This document shows positions 1 through 11,537 of a stretch of DNA of 64,000 nucleotides, one piece after another. The stretch lies in assembly GCA_038087875.1 (NCBI GenBank), contig CM075977.1, positions 85,622,001-85,686,000 on the forward strand, in the 5' to 3' direction. The position numbers were made by a program, and so were the translations under genes. How positions within the stretch are numbered: the stretch's first letter is position 1; every line of letters starts with the position of its first letter. The DNA comes from Malacoraja senta. Its lineage: Eukaryota. The notes under the pieces were generated by a model. That model searched no databases. It was not told the origin of the DNA and saw nothing but the letters and a program-made list of their open reading frames with translations.

Positions 1-370
1 AGCTCCAACGCCGCCGAAGGTTCACCAGGCCCGACGCGAGGTTCGATCGCCCGGGTCGGGGGAGCTGAGATCCCCTCGATGCGGGAGCTGATTGCCTCGA
101 CGCGGAGGGCCCGAACGTCGCCGGCTACGGGAGTCAAGATCGTCCCGTCAATGGGGGCTCGAGGAAGAACTAAGGGAAGGACTTGAACTTTATTTCGCCT
201 TCCATCACAGTGAGGAATGTGTAGGAGCCACTGTGGTGGATGTTCATGTTAAAATGTGTTTTTGAAGTGATCTGTTACTTTTAATTGTATGACTGACCTG
301 GCCAATGAAATTCCTCATATGTTGCAAAACATACTTGGTGAATAAAGTGTGATTCTGATTCTGATTCTGA
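1..370 (+). mobile_element. GC-rich non-coding retroelement, 3' part, with Rex1-type tail
   Basis: Hairpin TCCATCACAGTG...CACTGTGGTGGA (201-240), then AATAAA and a (TGATTC)n tail. Homologous to the copies at 10.6, 33.7 and 47.4 kb. Confidence 0.7.
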
Positions 371-1744
371 TACATGGCTTATATTTGGATAATACTTTTA
401 ACTACTGCTTTCTTGGCGTAATGATGCATTGGTTGAATTTAATTACCTAAAAGTGTAATATTGTGTGACCAAAAATACATATTTTAGGAGTTATACGCAA
501 TGGGTTATCAGGACTGAGGGAAGAATTTTTTGTCACACTTTGGAAATGGGGCTTGCTGATGGTGAGTACACTGCACCCATGTTATTGTCCATTGCAAGTC
601 TATCATCTTCACCCAAATTATAGAACATGAGTAAAATGCAAAACGATTTATAATCATGCTTACTGCATTTAAATTGAATCAACTGGCAACTATATGATTG
701 CAAATGTGAAAAAAAACTACAAACATGATTTACTTCATTGTGAAAAAACCCCAGCACAGAATGTAAAAAGCAGCAAAATATCAATACTTGATATAGTATT
801 TTGGCTATAAGATTTTAATATATGCAATGCAGAGATCTGTATACATATAATCATTTAACAAGATCAGTTGAGGAGAGACACAGTTGTTTGCTCTGTTTAT
901 ATAGATACAAATGCTCGGCTAAGGTTGCTGCACGTTTTGGCTGATTTTCCAATGTGAATTTGTGCAAAAGCTCTCAGAAAGTCATTGGGAAAGTGCAAGT
1001 GTCACAAATTACTGGCACCATTCAGCCTTCGCTGACAATTATATCCAGCCTGCCATTTTAAACAGTTCAAGTTGAGGAGCTGTAAATTATAGTTTAATAC
1101 TTTATTTGTTATCCCCTTCTCCATTGAATAAATATTTGCTTATCTTCCTACTAATTTCTCGATTGCAGTCAAATTTATGACCAATGAAATTAAAATTTTC
1201 TTCTTGAGGCAATTACCTACATGCCCATTAAAACAATTGTCTTTCATCTACAAAGTCTGTGGCAATTGATCTTTCAAGTTAAGATGTCACATATTAGAAA
1301 TACTAATTCTTAATAATTATTTTCTTAACCACTTTTTTATGTAATAAACCCAGAATACTAATAGGGAAAGGAAACATTTCTTTAATTAAATATTTGACAA
1401 ATCATAAAATCACCATGTCCATTAAGCACATCTTACAGTCACTATTGCATTAGTTCTGGGCATACATTGATATCTTAGGATAATGAATTGCAATGCAGTG
1501 AAGTGCATTCTCTTCTGAAAGTGTATATTTTACTGCTTTATAATTGTTCATAGTACTTGTTTATTATTATTTGTATCTTGCTCTATTATGTCATTCTATT
1601 CAATGTAGGGCCCTGGAATAGCTTTTCATGCAGCATACCATGCGGTGGTTAAATAAGGTGATTTACTACCACAAAACAGTTCATCTAATAAACACTGTAG
1701 TTCAGAAGCATACTTATTATCTGAAATTTGTGACCAACATTTAA

Positions 1745-1815
1745 CCTGTTCAGTGCCACCCCCCGAATATACTTGGTCATGGCCAATAGTGAAAAACAAC
1801 TTGGCAGTGAACAGG
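1745..1815. mobile_element. 71-bp piggyBac-like MITE
   Basis: TTAA at 1741-1744 and 1816-1819 flank 14-bp TIRs CCTGTTCAGTGCCA / TGGCAGTGAACAGG (13/14 match). Confidence 0.6.
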
Positions 1816-2784
1816 TTAAGGTTTATTTATACAGTACCATTGAAAAGAGATTGACTTAGGATTCCATTGTGAAATAATGTTTCTTTTAACATTGATTAAA
1901 ATTAAAATAAGTAGCAAGTGTTGACATTTTAACTAGCTTATTTATGCTGATGTGTTGTAAATAAGTTGTGATGAGATAGTATTTTTATGGGATATTGCAT
2001 TAGCAGCAGTGTAAGAGTTGACGATGGGTTTTATACCTCAAAAGTAAATATTGTATTAGTTTAATTCAGGCTTGAATAACAAACCACAGATCTGAGAATA
2101 TATAATGGAATTGGGACATAGTCTCTTGGTGAAAGATGACTTTAATGATTTTGTTCCTTTTACATGTTAAAACATTAATAATGGGACAACTGGCCATGGA
2201 GACTACTTTTAATAACCCTATTTTTAGCAGTGGTTTATTCTACCTACTTTAATAGAGAGTTAACACGTGTTGCTAATCTGTTGAGATGAGTTCACATTTA
2301 CACATTTGCTTACTTCATGCAGCAAAAAAGAGAAAATATAAGTGCTAGGGCATAGACTGAGGGTGATTTTCCACACTGCAGTAATGTCAACATCTTCTCA
2401 GGTTGTGGCTAGCACCAAAAGAAGACAACTTTTAAAGCATATCCTTAGATAACATTAAGAAGGATGCAAAACCTCGTCAGTTTGTGAAATGCTGGCCAAG
2501 ACGCCTTTGGCACTGTAGGTCTATTGGACAATGTGCCATGCAAGCACAACACCATCGTTTTTGCACTAATTATTTACACCACATAATGTCAATAAAACAC
2601 ACACACAGACACACTCAATAACAGTGAAGTCCTCAGTTGTGCTCCAAAGCTGAAAGTTAGTTCCTGAACCTGTGCCACCTGCGTAAGAACAAATATATAC
2701 AGGCTACATCTCTGAAACTCACAATATACAGGTTTAAATGTCTAGAGTTTTGAGATTCTGTGGAAACAAATTCAATCCATTGCG

Positions 2785-3525
2785 TTTAATGTGTAAATCT
2801 TACATAATAAGCATTTTTTGATGGACAATATGTAAAGTGCTATTGTTTCTTTTTATAAAATTAATTAAAAAAAATAAAACAACAACGAAAACCTTATTTA
2901 TATAAAAGAACTCAAACTGTACATTTTAAAGAATAAACCATAACTATACAATATAAGGTTATGTGCTTGAGCACTACTCAAAATACCAATTTCTAACAAA
3001 ATACTGGCAACAGTGGCGCCTCATCCAAGCTGTAATATACAAGAATACAAAAATAACCACTATACATTGCTATACAACTATACAACTACTATACATTAAG
3101 TGAGACTTCTTTCTCCTACGTGTTGTCATTATTTCACAATTTATATATCGTTGGTTAATACTGCTAAGCCTTCAACTTAAAAAAAAATGTTGAATGTACT
3201 TTCAGTGCGTGGAGTACAGCTTCCTGGTATCTTAATCCATGCTGTGTGTGAAAAAAGGTCATCCATAAATGCAACAGGACTGGACAACGTTCTGGGCGGT
3301 CGGATGAGGCAGGCGTACAGTGCATTGTAACTTTCCTCATCCTAAAACAATTACATTTAAACAAACAATAGCTTTGTCCTGCAAAGCGTGCAGTCAAAAC
3401 GCATTTATTTTAAGAAAACGAAGTCGAGATGCCACCCTCCATCATTTCCATGGAGCATCCGCATGATCAGTTTGGCCAAACGTTAGCTGCTGATGGGGGA
3501 GTTAAGATGGAAGGCGCTTATTTTG
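2785..3525 (-). promoter_or_regulatory. Probable 3' UTR with candidate poly(A) signals
   Basis: U-rich minus strand after the stop codon. Minus-strand AATAAA at 3404-3409 and ATTAAA at 2785-2790. The true 3' end cannot be determined from sequence. Confidence 0.4.
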
Positions 3526-3612
3526 TTAAGCTGTTGTCCCACACAATCTAGAGGCGGTAGAGAGATCTTTGCTATCTACTTCGGATCTTCCTGAGACCAC
3601 AAATGGCCAGGT
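3526..3612 (-). CDS. msc: Musculin/TCF21-family bHLH factor, exon 2 ([28 protein letters not shown])
   Basis: Read by hand on the minus strand: acceptor tttgtttcaaatttcag|ACC TGG CCA TTT GTG GTC TCA GGA AGA ... TGT GGG ACA ACA GCT TAA. This matches the conserved MSC C-terminus TWPFVVSGR...RLCGTTA. It is too short to appear in the ORF track. Spliced product is 174 aa. Confidence 0.9.
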   Translation of the reverse strand, partial: TWPFVVSGRSEVDSKDLSTASRLCGTTA

Positions 3613-5793
3613 CTGAAATTTGAAACAAAGTAGTTAGAGTAATAATCTTTTAATGTGATGATGAGAAATTTCCACGAATTGGTTCTATGAAATAGGAAAT
3701 CTAGATTTCTTCTTAAGATCTTACCTCAAATTTTGAACTGAATTTCATTAACTCAGATAATGTAACATCCACCAAACACAGATTGTTACTCGATAAATCT
3801 ATATGAGATGGCATTTTCAATTTCTGTTTAATTTATTGTCACGTGTACCAAGGTGCAGCATTATCTATTTTTAATATAAGGTGGGAATTAGTGACTGAAT
3901 AGCAAAGAACAGCCTTGTGATCTATTTTAATAAAGTGGCGGATTGGAGAGTGATGGTTTGGACCAACACTGAAGAAAGCCCATTGCAATATTCATCATAA
4001 CTAGCATTTTTTCCTGAATCCTAAAACAATTACATTTAAACAAGCAATCAGTCAAAATTCAAATGCAGATGAACAATCAGTTTGTGTATGTTTGTATACA
4101 TTAGTTTGTCCTGAAGGGGAAATGGACCATATAGGTTTAACGAATATCGGGCTTATATTATCTTTATTTTGAACATTAACATGAACTTGCTAGGTAATTA
4201 GCTGGGTTTGTTGTTGACCATTCTGAAGGAATTTAAATACAAAAAAACCACCGATCTTTTAATGGGCCTAGATTCAATGTAAGATTCAGACAAAGCATTC
4301 CAGAAATGCAGTCCACTTACTACTGTAGGGTAAAGCACTCTGCAAAATTATAATAGGTATTCAGAAGCAACAGATCTGAAGAATTCTGCATATAAAGCTC
4401 CATTTATCCTATTTTTCCAGAGAATATCTTAAAACTGTTTGAGTTGACCAGTTGTCGTGTAGCTCCGTAAACAACCTTAGATCAGTCACTGGCCGGAGAC
4501 AAACGGAGCTAGCACCGCGTAGTTCCATACACAGATTATAATGCCACTTCCATTGATTTATCCGGCATGTTGACATTTTTGAAGTTAGTAGCACGTTTGC
4601 GTTTGCAGAAATAAAAGGAAGGTTAAATAGACCTTATTTGAAATATGTTTCTGAATCTTCAGTGCAAATGAAATAGTTCCTTTTGTTCAGAGTCAGGTTA
4701 AAAGTTGCATTAACAGTAACTATAGAAATTTATCTTAATATTAATACTGTAACATATATTTACTTATTTGATTAATTGTGACTTATGTTTGCCATTTCGG
4801 ATTTGATAGCAAGTAGGATCTACCGATCCAGGGAGAGACGTCTTCGGTTTGTTTTAAATGATCATTGATTTCACCTTATTCACAAATTCCTTAAAGAATG
4901 AAGACTGCTCTTTTTTTCAGATTTCGCCATAGAAGGAATTATTATTTAATTTGTGACAATGAACAATACTTCCAAGAGTAACTGAGCATTTAAATATGAA
5001 CCGGCCTGGCTTTGTGGTTCGCGAATTTTATCGGAAAGTATTTATGTGAGGGAGCTCAAATTTCTTTCTTAACTTACTGCAATAGCTTTTAATTTCCCAT
5101 AACCACCCTTCTCCCAAAACCTTGTCTGTGTGAAGTCTTTGCAAAACGCGTTCGAGAATTTTATTTAACGGGTATTTGTACTTTACGGGGTTTTTTTTAA
5201 ACGACGTGCAAATGTTGAAGATGCACCTGTGTGTATTCTAAGTTTGCCATCAGTTGGAATAATAGTCAGAGGTGCCACACATTTCACGGTACCACACAAT
5301 TTTAAAGCGCAAAAGGCGAGATCGTATTTATTAATTAATTAAGAGAATTGCATTCGTTTGCTGTATCATAGTGTGTATAATTTCATGTACGAAATCTCCA
5401 CTGGAGCGCAACAAGAATTTAGTGAAGATAGACAACAACAAAAAAGCTGGAGTAACTCAGCAGGTCAGAGAGCATCTCTGGATAAAAGTAATAGGTGATA
5501 TCCAGAGATGCTGTTTGACCTGCTGACTTACTCTAGCTTTTCTAATCTATCATCGATTTAAACTAGTATCTGCAGTCCCTTCCTACACTAAGAATTTTGT
5601 GATACTGATTTAACATGTTCCCTTAGTAAACATTTTAAACTATTACGTTATAGCAGAATTTTTAGGGGGGTAAAGAACATATGAATGCAGTATAATACTC
5701 CATTCTCAATGCCAATTACACCTTGTGCCTAGATCCCCTGGTAGATTTTGTTTTTCTCATGTTATCGAGTTGTGAACTATCAGCAGATCTTAC
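3613..5793 (-). other. Single GT-AG intron of the bHLH gene (2181 bp)
   Basis: Canonical donor and acceptor join PVNL|TWPF in frame, the intron position known for MSC and TCF21. Confidence 0.9.
5426..5589. mobile_element. Palindromic Penelope-like short element in the bHLH gene intron
   Basis: Inverted arms 5427-5484 and 5499-5551. TSD AAGAATTT(A/T)GTGA at 5413-5425 and 5590-5602. Confidence 0.7.
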
Positions 5794-6231
5794 CAGATTT
5801 ACCGGATGAACGTATCCATTTTCGTATTTATCATTTGCTAAGATTTGCCTTAAATGTGCGATGTAGCTAGCTGCCAGTCTGAGGGTGTCAAGCTTGGACA
5901 GTTTGGTGTCCGAGGGCACCCAGGGCAGGCTGATCTTTAACCTGGAGAAGGCTTTGCTCAGGACGCGCATCCTGGCTCTCTCCCGGGCGTTGGCGGCGTT
6001 TCTCTGTGATTGCTTGCCCTCTTTGCCCAGCCTGGCCAGTTGCTTTCTCCTCACAGACCCTCGCGTCTTCCTCTTGGAGCCGCAGTCAGAGCTCGACTCG
6101 TCAGTGTCTTCAGCAGAGAGATAGAATTCCGCCTCCTTCGAATCGTGTTTCAACCCGTTACACTTAAGATGAAGCCCCTGTAATTCCATTTCCTGAAACT
6201 CCTCGGTGTCACTGGGAGATCCAGTAGACAT
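5794..6231 (-). CDS. msc: Musculin/TCF21-family bHLH transcription factor, exon 1 (aa 1-146)
   Basis: MSTGS start and bHLH domain [51 protein letters not shown]...[14 protein letters not shown] donor (CTG|gtaag) follows codon 146, in phase 0. The ORF-track extension beyond this point is intron read-through. MSC is preferred over TCF21 because of KQSQRN, SLPWVP, YVHPVNL and the exon 2 sequence. Confidence 0.88.
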
Positions 6232-6520
6232 GATACCTCTGGAAAATTGAAATGAACCTCAAGTGAAAAGGTCTTCCTGTACAAATTCGTTAAATACCAG
6301 GGAAAAAAAACATACTCAAAAAGACTTCCTTTGTCGAGAAAAGAAACCCCACCTCCCCTACTATCACTTTTAAAGAGGAAGTATTTGGTCTATGTGGGTC
6401 TAACCATTCGGGGATGGGAGTGACAAACACTGACAACCGTGTCCACACGTCAGTGGGGGCGCCAAGGAGAGTCACTCCTTCCATTCCTATTGTGGACACG
6501 TTGACACGTTTCTGTGCCTT
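6232..6520 (-). promoter_or_regulatory. 5' UTR and proximal promoter of the bHLH gene
   Basis: TATA-like TATTTAA on the minus strand near 6290-6296, G-rich box GGGGAGGTGGGG near 6347-6358, and CRE-like TGACGTG near 6446-6452. Position and motifs only. Confidence 0.4.
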
Positions 6521-9194
6521 TACATTCACTTCCAGAGCCCGATCATTTGATCAGCATTCTGAGGTTTTATCGGGCGCTCAGTGGTATATCCCATGTAAAC
6601 TGGGATTTGTGTTGGAAGCCTTCAATCAATCGCTGTTAAAACAAACACTAATTAAACAGCTCATTCTGTTCGCGAAGAGGTGAAGGACTACTGCTGTCGT
6701 TCTTTTTAATATCTGACCTCCCGAAATACATAGGGTTTTGAATAACGTGCAATAAATACAGCTACCACAACTAATAAATGAAATGACTGATGCACTTTAG
6801 CTTTAAGGTAAAACATAGACAAAATATATATGTATAAAATTAGACCCTCTTCAATTCTCAAGTCTTCAATTCTTCAATTTTCAACTGTAAAATTATATAT
6901 ATGATATCAATTTGCTCCTATAAGGTACCATGATATTATCGGATGTACACTTCCCTGGGTTTTATTTCCGAAAAGATTATTTTTTAGTTAATTATTCTGT
7001 TTGCGTAAATTAGAGTAAAAGATTACGAATTTGAAATTAGATTAAACCAAATTCACCAATGTTTAAACCCTGATTTTATTTGCAATTCATTTAAGCCCTC
7101 ACTGTTTACTCGCTTGGCCAAAATCCTATTTTGGGTTGCTGTTCACCTTACAGAATTTCTTATGCTCTTTTATTGCCGTCTTATGGCCCTAGAATGCCCA
7201 AGGCTAGACTGAGAATTAGTCAAATTCGTTTGATGGCAGTCAGTGAAACCAGATAAATTAAGATTTTTTATAACGGATTCGAGGCTCCCCTTCAATGCTG
7301 CATGTATTCCTTGTAGGAATGCTTTCTTGCAGGAAGCATTTGCACCCATTGCAATACACATACAAAAACACAAATATAAGGGTGAAAAGAGATTTTCTAT
7401 ATTTACATGGTCTTGTACTGAGTTTTGCAAAATATTTTATTTAAAGAAATAAATAGCTCATCTCTGAAAATTGGAACCCCCCCCCCCCCAAATGTTTGTG
7501 CAGGTGCGTTTTGAAACGAGCACCTCCTAAAGATTGTGTAGGAAGGAACTACAGATGCTCCTGAAGATTAATGGTAGAATTGATTGATTTTGTAAACATT
7601 GCAGAGATCCTATCGACAGCAGAACGAACCGAGGCCTTATTTTTCGTATCTGGGTGTTTCTTCTGCGATCAGGATCGTGGAAACTTTACAGGAAAGAAAT
7701 TGACCCCAGCCACATCTCTGTGGCGTAACGGGACCAAGAAGTGTCATCGCATCGACCTGTCAGAAGTGGCAGCACTCGTGACCTCGATAAATCACAGTCT
7801 ACAAATGGGAAGTGCTGTCGTCTTGAAGCAAAAGACACCCGAAGATCCCAACTTCGAAGTTTCCAGTTCCTATCCATTATTCAAGTACTCAAAAATGAAT
7901 GACCTTCCAAAAACTGACCAGTTCTATTACAACAGAAAGATTGGATGCTTTGGGTGGGTGGAGTACATTTACATCTTCTAATTATCTCTTTACAAATAAC
8001 CAAATAAACACATTATACTGGTTTTAAACTCACGGAGGTAAGAGGAGGATACATCGTGCACATTTATGTGACTAATCATTCACCAATGTATGGTGAATAG
8101 GGTACCCGTGCAAGAACATGCTGCATACATTCTGATTCTGGCAGAGGCTCAGTGGGGACGATTGTGCTTAAATGTCAGGAACTCAGTCTGGACGTGTGCA
8201 GTGCAAATCACTAAACTTCGGTTCTTTTCAAGACAGACCCCAACGCATAACTATTTATGTCCCATGTAATTAATGGCAACGTAGACAATACTAAATGTTG
8301 GGCTAAATTTCACCGGGAAAGTATGGGGATTAAAATATCAAAATTTACAAAGACCGCAATGCGAGAATTCGCAGTTGATCAAGGATATCGAACCTGCTTG
8401 AATGGCTTAATATGGAAAAATGCTCGATGCTGCATCTCCCCCACGTTTTTCAGATCCGGTTACATCCACCGAGACAAAGTCTTATGAAAGCAGAAAATCG
8501 ATCGGCTCGGGGTTTCTCGTGAGGTCAGACTTGCTTTCTCAAGGCCGGGGGTATTATTAAATGCTCCACAGGCGAACTGATAAACAAACTGAAGGTCCTT
8601 AATTATACCCCTGCCGCTTAACCTGCGCCGCGTGGACTGCAATATTGCTTTAAAAACCGATCTAAGAAGCACGAGACCATTTCAAATTACAAATTAAATA
8701 ATAAGAACTGTTAAATGAACAATTCATTCTGTTGTATTCCACGAAAACGACTTTAATCAATTGAACAATGCACCAAGCACATGGCGTTTGTTATTGTAAA
8801 GGGTGGCCATATGTGATATATTTCAGTATATGATTTCGGTGCAAGTGACATTTGCTATTCCACACTGCATTCGTTTATTGATGGTATAATTAAGAGGATT
8901 AACGTGGCCGATTTGGAACTGTAAAGTGTTGGTGTTTAATGTGAGAACATTGAGATCTATTTGCATTTTTACGAAAACTCGGCAATTAACCATGCCCGGT
9001 ATAAATGTGTAACAAATAAAATATATTTCGTTTCAAATGTGCTTTGGTACTCTAAAACTGCAGCGCTGTGAATTTATATGTGTTGAAATAGAGAGGTGTT
9101 TCATAGAGATAAGCAAGCGTCATTAAGACATATAAATAAATTGTCAAGCAAGCTTAATTTTGAGATACACGAGCTGTATTTGCTGACTTACAAA

Positions 9195-9370
9195 CCAAAA
9201 AGCGCAAAGTGCAAGAGTCAGCGGTCATAGACGACGTTTTGGATGGGACGCTTCTTCAGACTACAGAAGAAGTAGGGGAGACACTTCGTCGGATTTCCTG
9301 ACCTGAAACATTGCCTATCCATGTCCTCCGGAGATGCTGCCTGACCTGCTGAGATTCCAGCACTTTGTAT
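9195..9370. mobile_element. Degenerate palindromic Penelope-like short element
   Basis: Contains GACGTTTTGG...CTTCTTCAGAC and CCTGAAACATTGCC...GATGCTGCCTGACCTGCTGAG, the motifs of the family seen at 55.3 and 63.8 kb. Confidence 0.55.
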
Positions 9371-9669
9371 ATTTTAAGCTTAATTTAGAATTTCTATGAA
9401 ATATTTTAACGTTTAAACCATGCACTGACAACAAAACTGTGCTATCCGTGTCTTAATTGGAATTTGACGTTTAATTCCATAGCAAACAAAGTCAAATATA
9501 GTCTGATGAAGGGCAGGAAGAAAGATTTTCTTCTGCTCTCAGTTATCCAGAGAAAAAGGCGGGGTGAATTTTTTTTAAAGCAGATGCTGGAAATTTGAAA
9601 TGAAAACAGAAAATGCAGGAGATGTACACAGGTCAGACAGCATCTGTGGGAAGAGAACCTGAATTGACT

Positions 9670-10035
9670 TTTCCTTTTAAAAAAAAATTATAAATATTTT
9701 TATTGGAAGCATGTATACAAATAATAGTAAGTGACAATTTAATTACAGATTTCTTACATAGCTTCAGTTTTTAATTTTTTTTTAAAAAGAATAAAGATAA
9801 AGAGAGAAAAAGATGAGAGAAACTATAATCTGATGGAGAGAAAAAGGAGACGCAAAAGGAAACTATCAAATAACAAGATTGTGGAGATAGACCCAGGAAA
9901 TGTTGAGTATAACTATTCATCCAATCCCAAACTCAGGTTTCAACCCTGATTTTGTGTTAAAATAATTCACTTTTTCAAGAATTCAATAAATGGAGACCAT
10001 ATTCTAACAAATAATTTTAATTTGTCAATTAAGAC
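9670..10035 (-). mobile_element. 5'-truncated L1 (end of ORF2, 3' UTR and tail)
   Basis: Minus strand reads ...FVRIWSPFIEFLKK*. The 3' UTR and T-rich end resemble the L1s at 12.8 and 13.9 kb. Confidence 0.7.
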
Positions 10036-10594
10036 TTTTCGTTTTGAAGACAGTTCGTTAGAACACTCCAGAATTCTGACACAAGCAATTTTTTACCTTA
10101 ATTAAATATTTGTTGTGTTAAGACATATATTTAAAAAATATCTATTAGCGTGAAAGTAAGGTGTCCCTGCTCCAAGCACCAATACCATCAAAATCAGATC
10201 CAAACCAGGTTGGACCAGCAAATATTGCAGGAGTTTTCAATTGTTGGACAGCCAATTAAATATCCATGCATGGTGCAATTGTTTAGCCGTTAATGGGATA
10301 AAAACATTCCTTACTATTTATAACATACAGTCACAAATCACAGAACAGTGTTATATTCAAGGCGAAGATTTCTGTCCATCAGGAAAACACTTCTTTTGAT
10401 GCATTGTATCAGTTGTCGGTCAGTATAGGTGTAACTAGGAGTAAACTGAGGAGGAGTAAACCTGATCTAAGAAGCGCCTGGCTGCAAACAAGCGGTGCAT
10501 ATCTTGCATTAGATTATAATGGAAGCTTCCCATTTGGTTTCCCAAGTGATAAGTATCCTGGTTGGGAACATCCGCAATCCTTCGGCGTTCATTC

Positions 10595-10858
10595 TTTGAT
10601 TCCGGCGGGGTCACAACATCAGAAGCCTGGATCGCCTCAGCGCAGAGGAAGAACAAAGCGGGAAGAGACAGAGACTTTAAGACTTTTGCCTCCATCACAG
10701 TGAGGAGGTGCCTGGTGAACTCACTGTGGTGGATGTTAATTTGTGTTTATTGTGTGTTTTGTTATTTATTATTATATGTATGACTGCAGGCAATGAAATT
10801 TCATTCAGACCGAAAGGTCTGAATGACAAATAAAGGAATCTCTAATCTCTCTAATCTC
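10595..10858 (+). mobile_element. GC-rich non-coding retroelement, 3' part
   Basis: 14-bp stem 10691-10733, perfect hairpin TCATTCAGACC-GAAA-GGTCTGAATGA at 10801-10826, then AATAAA and a (CTCTAAT)n tail. Confidence 0.7.
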
Positions 10859-10876
10859 ATTCGCTTGGCACCCAAC

Positions 10877-11410
10877 TGAATTGAATTGAATATTGAATTG
10901 AATTGAATCAATTTTATTAGACAAGTTTGTATGCATACAAGGAATTTACCTTGGTGCTTTGCTCGCAAGGATAACAACACGATATACAGTAGACATTTAA
11001 AAATAAAACATTATAATTTAAACTTGTGAAGAATAAAATAAAATGTGAGAGCAAAAGGAGTCTACAGAATTTTGGCTGTTGAGTAGAGCTACTGCTCGTG
11101 GAAAAAAAAAGGTGTTTTTATGTCTGGCTGTGGCAGCTTTGACAGTCCGGAGTTGCCTCCCAGCCGGAAGTGATTCAAAGAGTTTGTGGCCAGGATGAGA
11201 GGGGTCAGAGATTATCTTACCCGCTCGCTTCCTGGCCCTTGCAGTGTACAGTTCGTCATTGGGGGGAAGGTTGCAGCCAACAGCTGATTGCACGATGCAC
11301 TGCAGACTCTGGATGTCATGCTTGGCGGCTGAGCCAAACTGGACTATGATGGAGAAGGTGAGGGCAGACTCTATGATGGCAGTATAAAACTGGACCATCA
11401 TTGCCTGAGG
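10877..11410 (-). mobile_element. Rex1/Babar-like LINE, 3' fragment
   Basis: MMVQFYTAIIESALTFSI...IISDPSHPGHKLFESLPAGRQLRT...NTFFFPRAVALLN is a typical Rex1 C-terminus. Ends in AATAAA and (ATTCA)n. Confidence 0.8.
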
Positions 11411-11441
11411 ATAAGGGAGTGAAGGAAGGTCAGGGAATAAT

Positions 11442-11537
11442 GGAGTCTGAAGAAGGGTACCCATCCCAAACTTCCCCTGTCCATATTCTCCAGGGCTGCT
11501 GCTTGACCCGCTGAGTTTTTCCAGCACTTTTTGTTTC
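11442..11537 (+). mobile_element. Degenerate Penelope-like short element (hammerhead-motif end)
   Basis: GTCTGAAGAAGGGTACCC...CTGCTTGACCCGCTGAGTTTTTCCAGCACTTTTTG. Confidence 0.55.

Noticed and set aside
5716-5793. C-terminal VRSADSSQ...RHKV of the 171-aa ORF
   Set aside because: It is intron read-through past a canonical donor. The conserved C-terminus is encoded at 3612-3526.
7571-7981. 136-aa ORF divergent from the bHLH gene
   Set aside because: No homology is recognisable. A divergent lncRNA is possible but cannot be supported from sequence alone.
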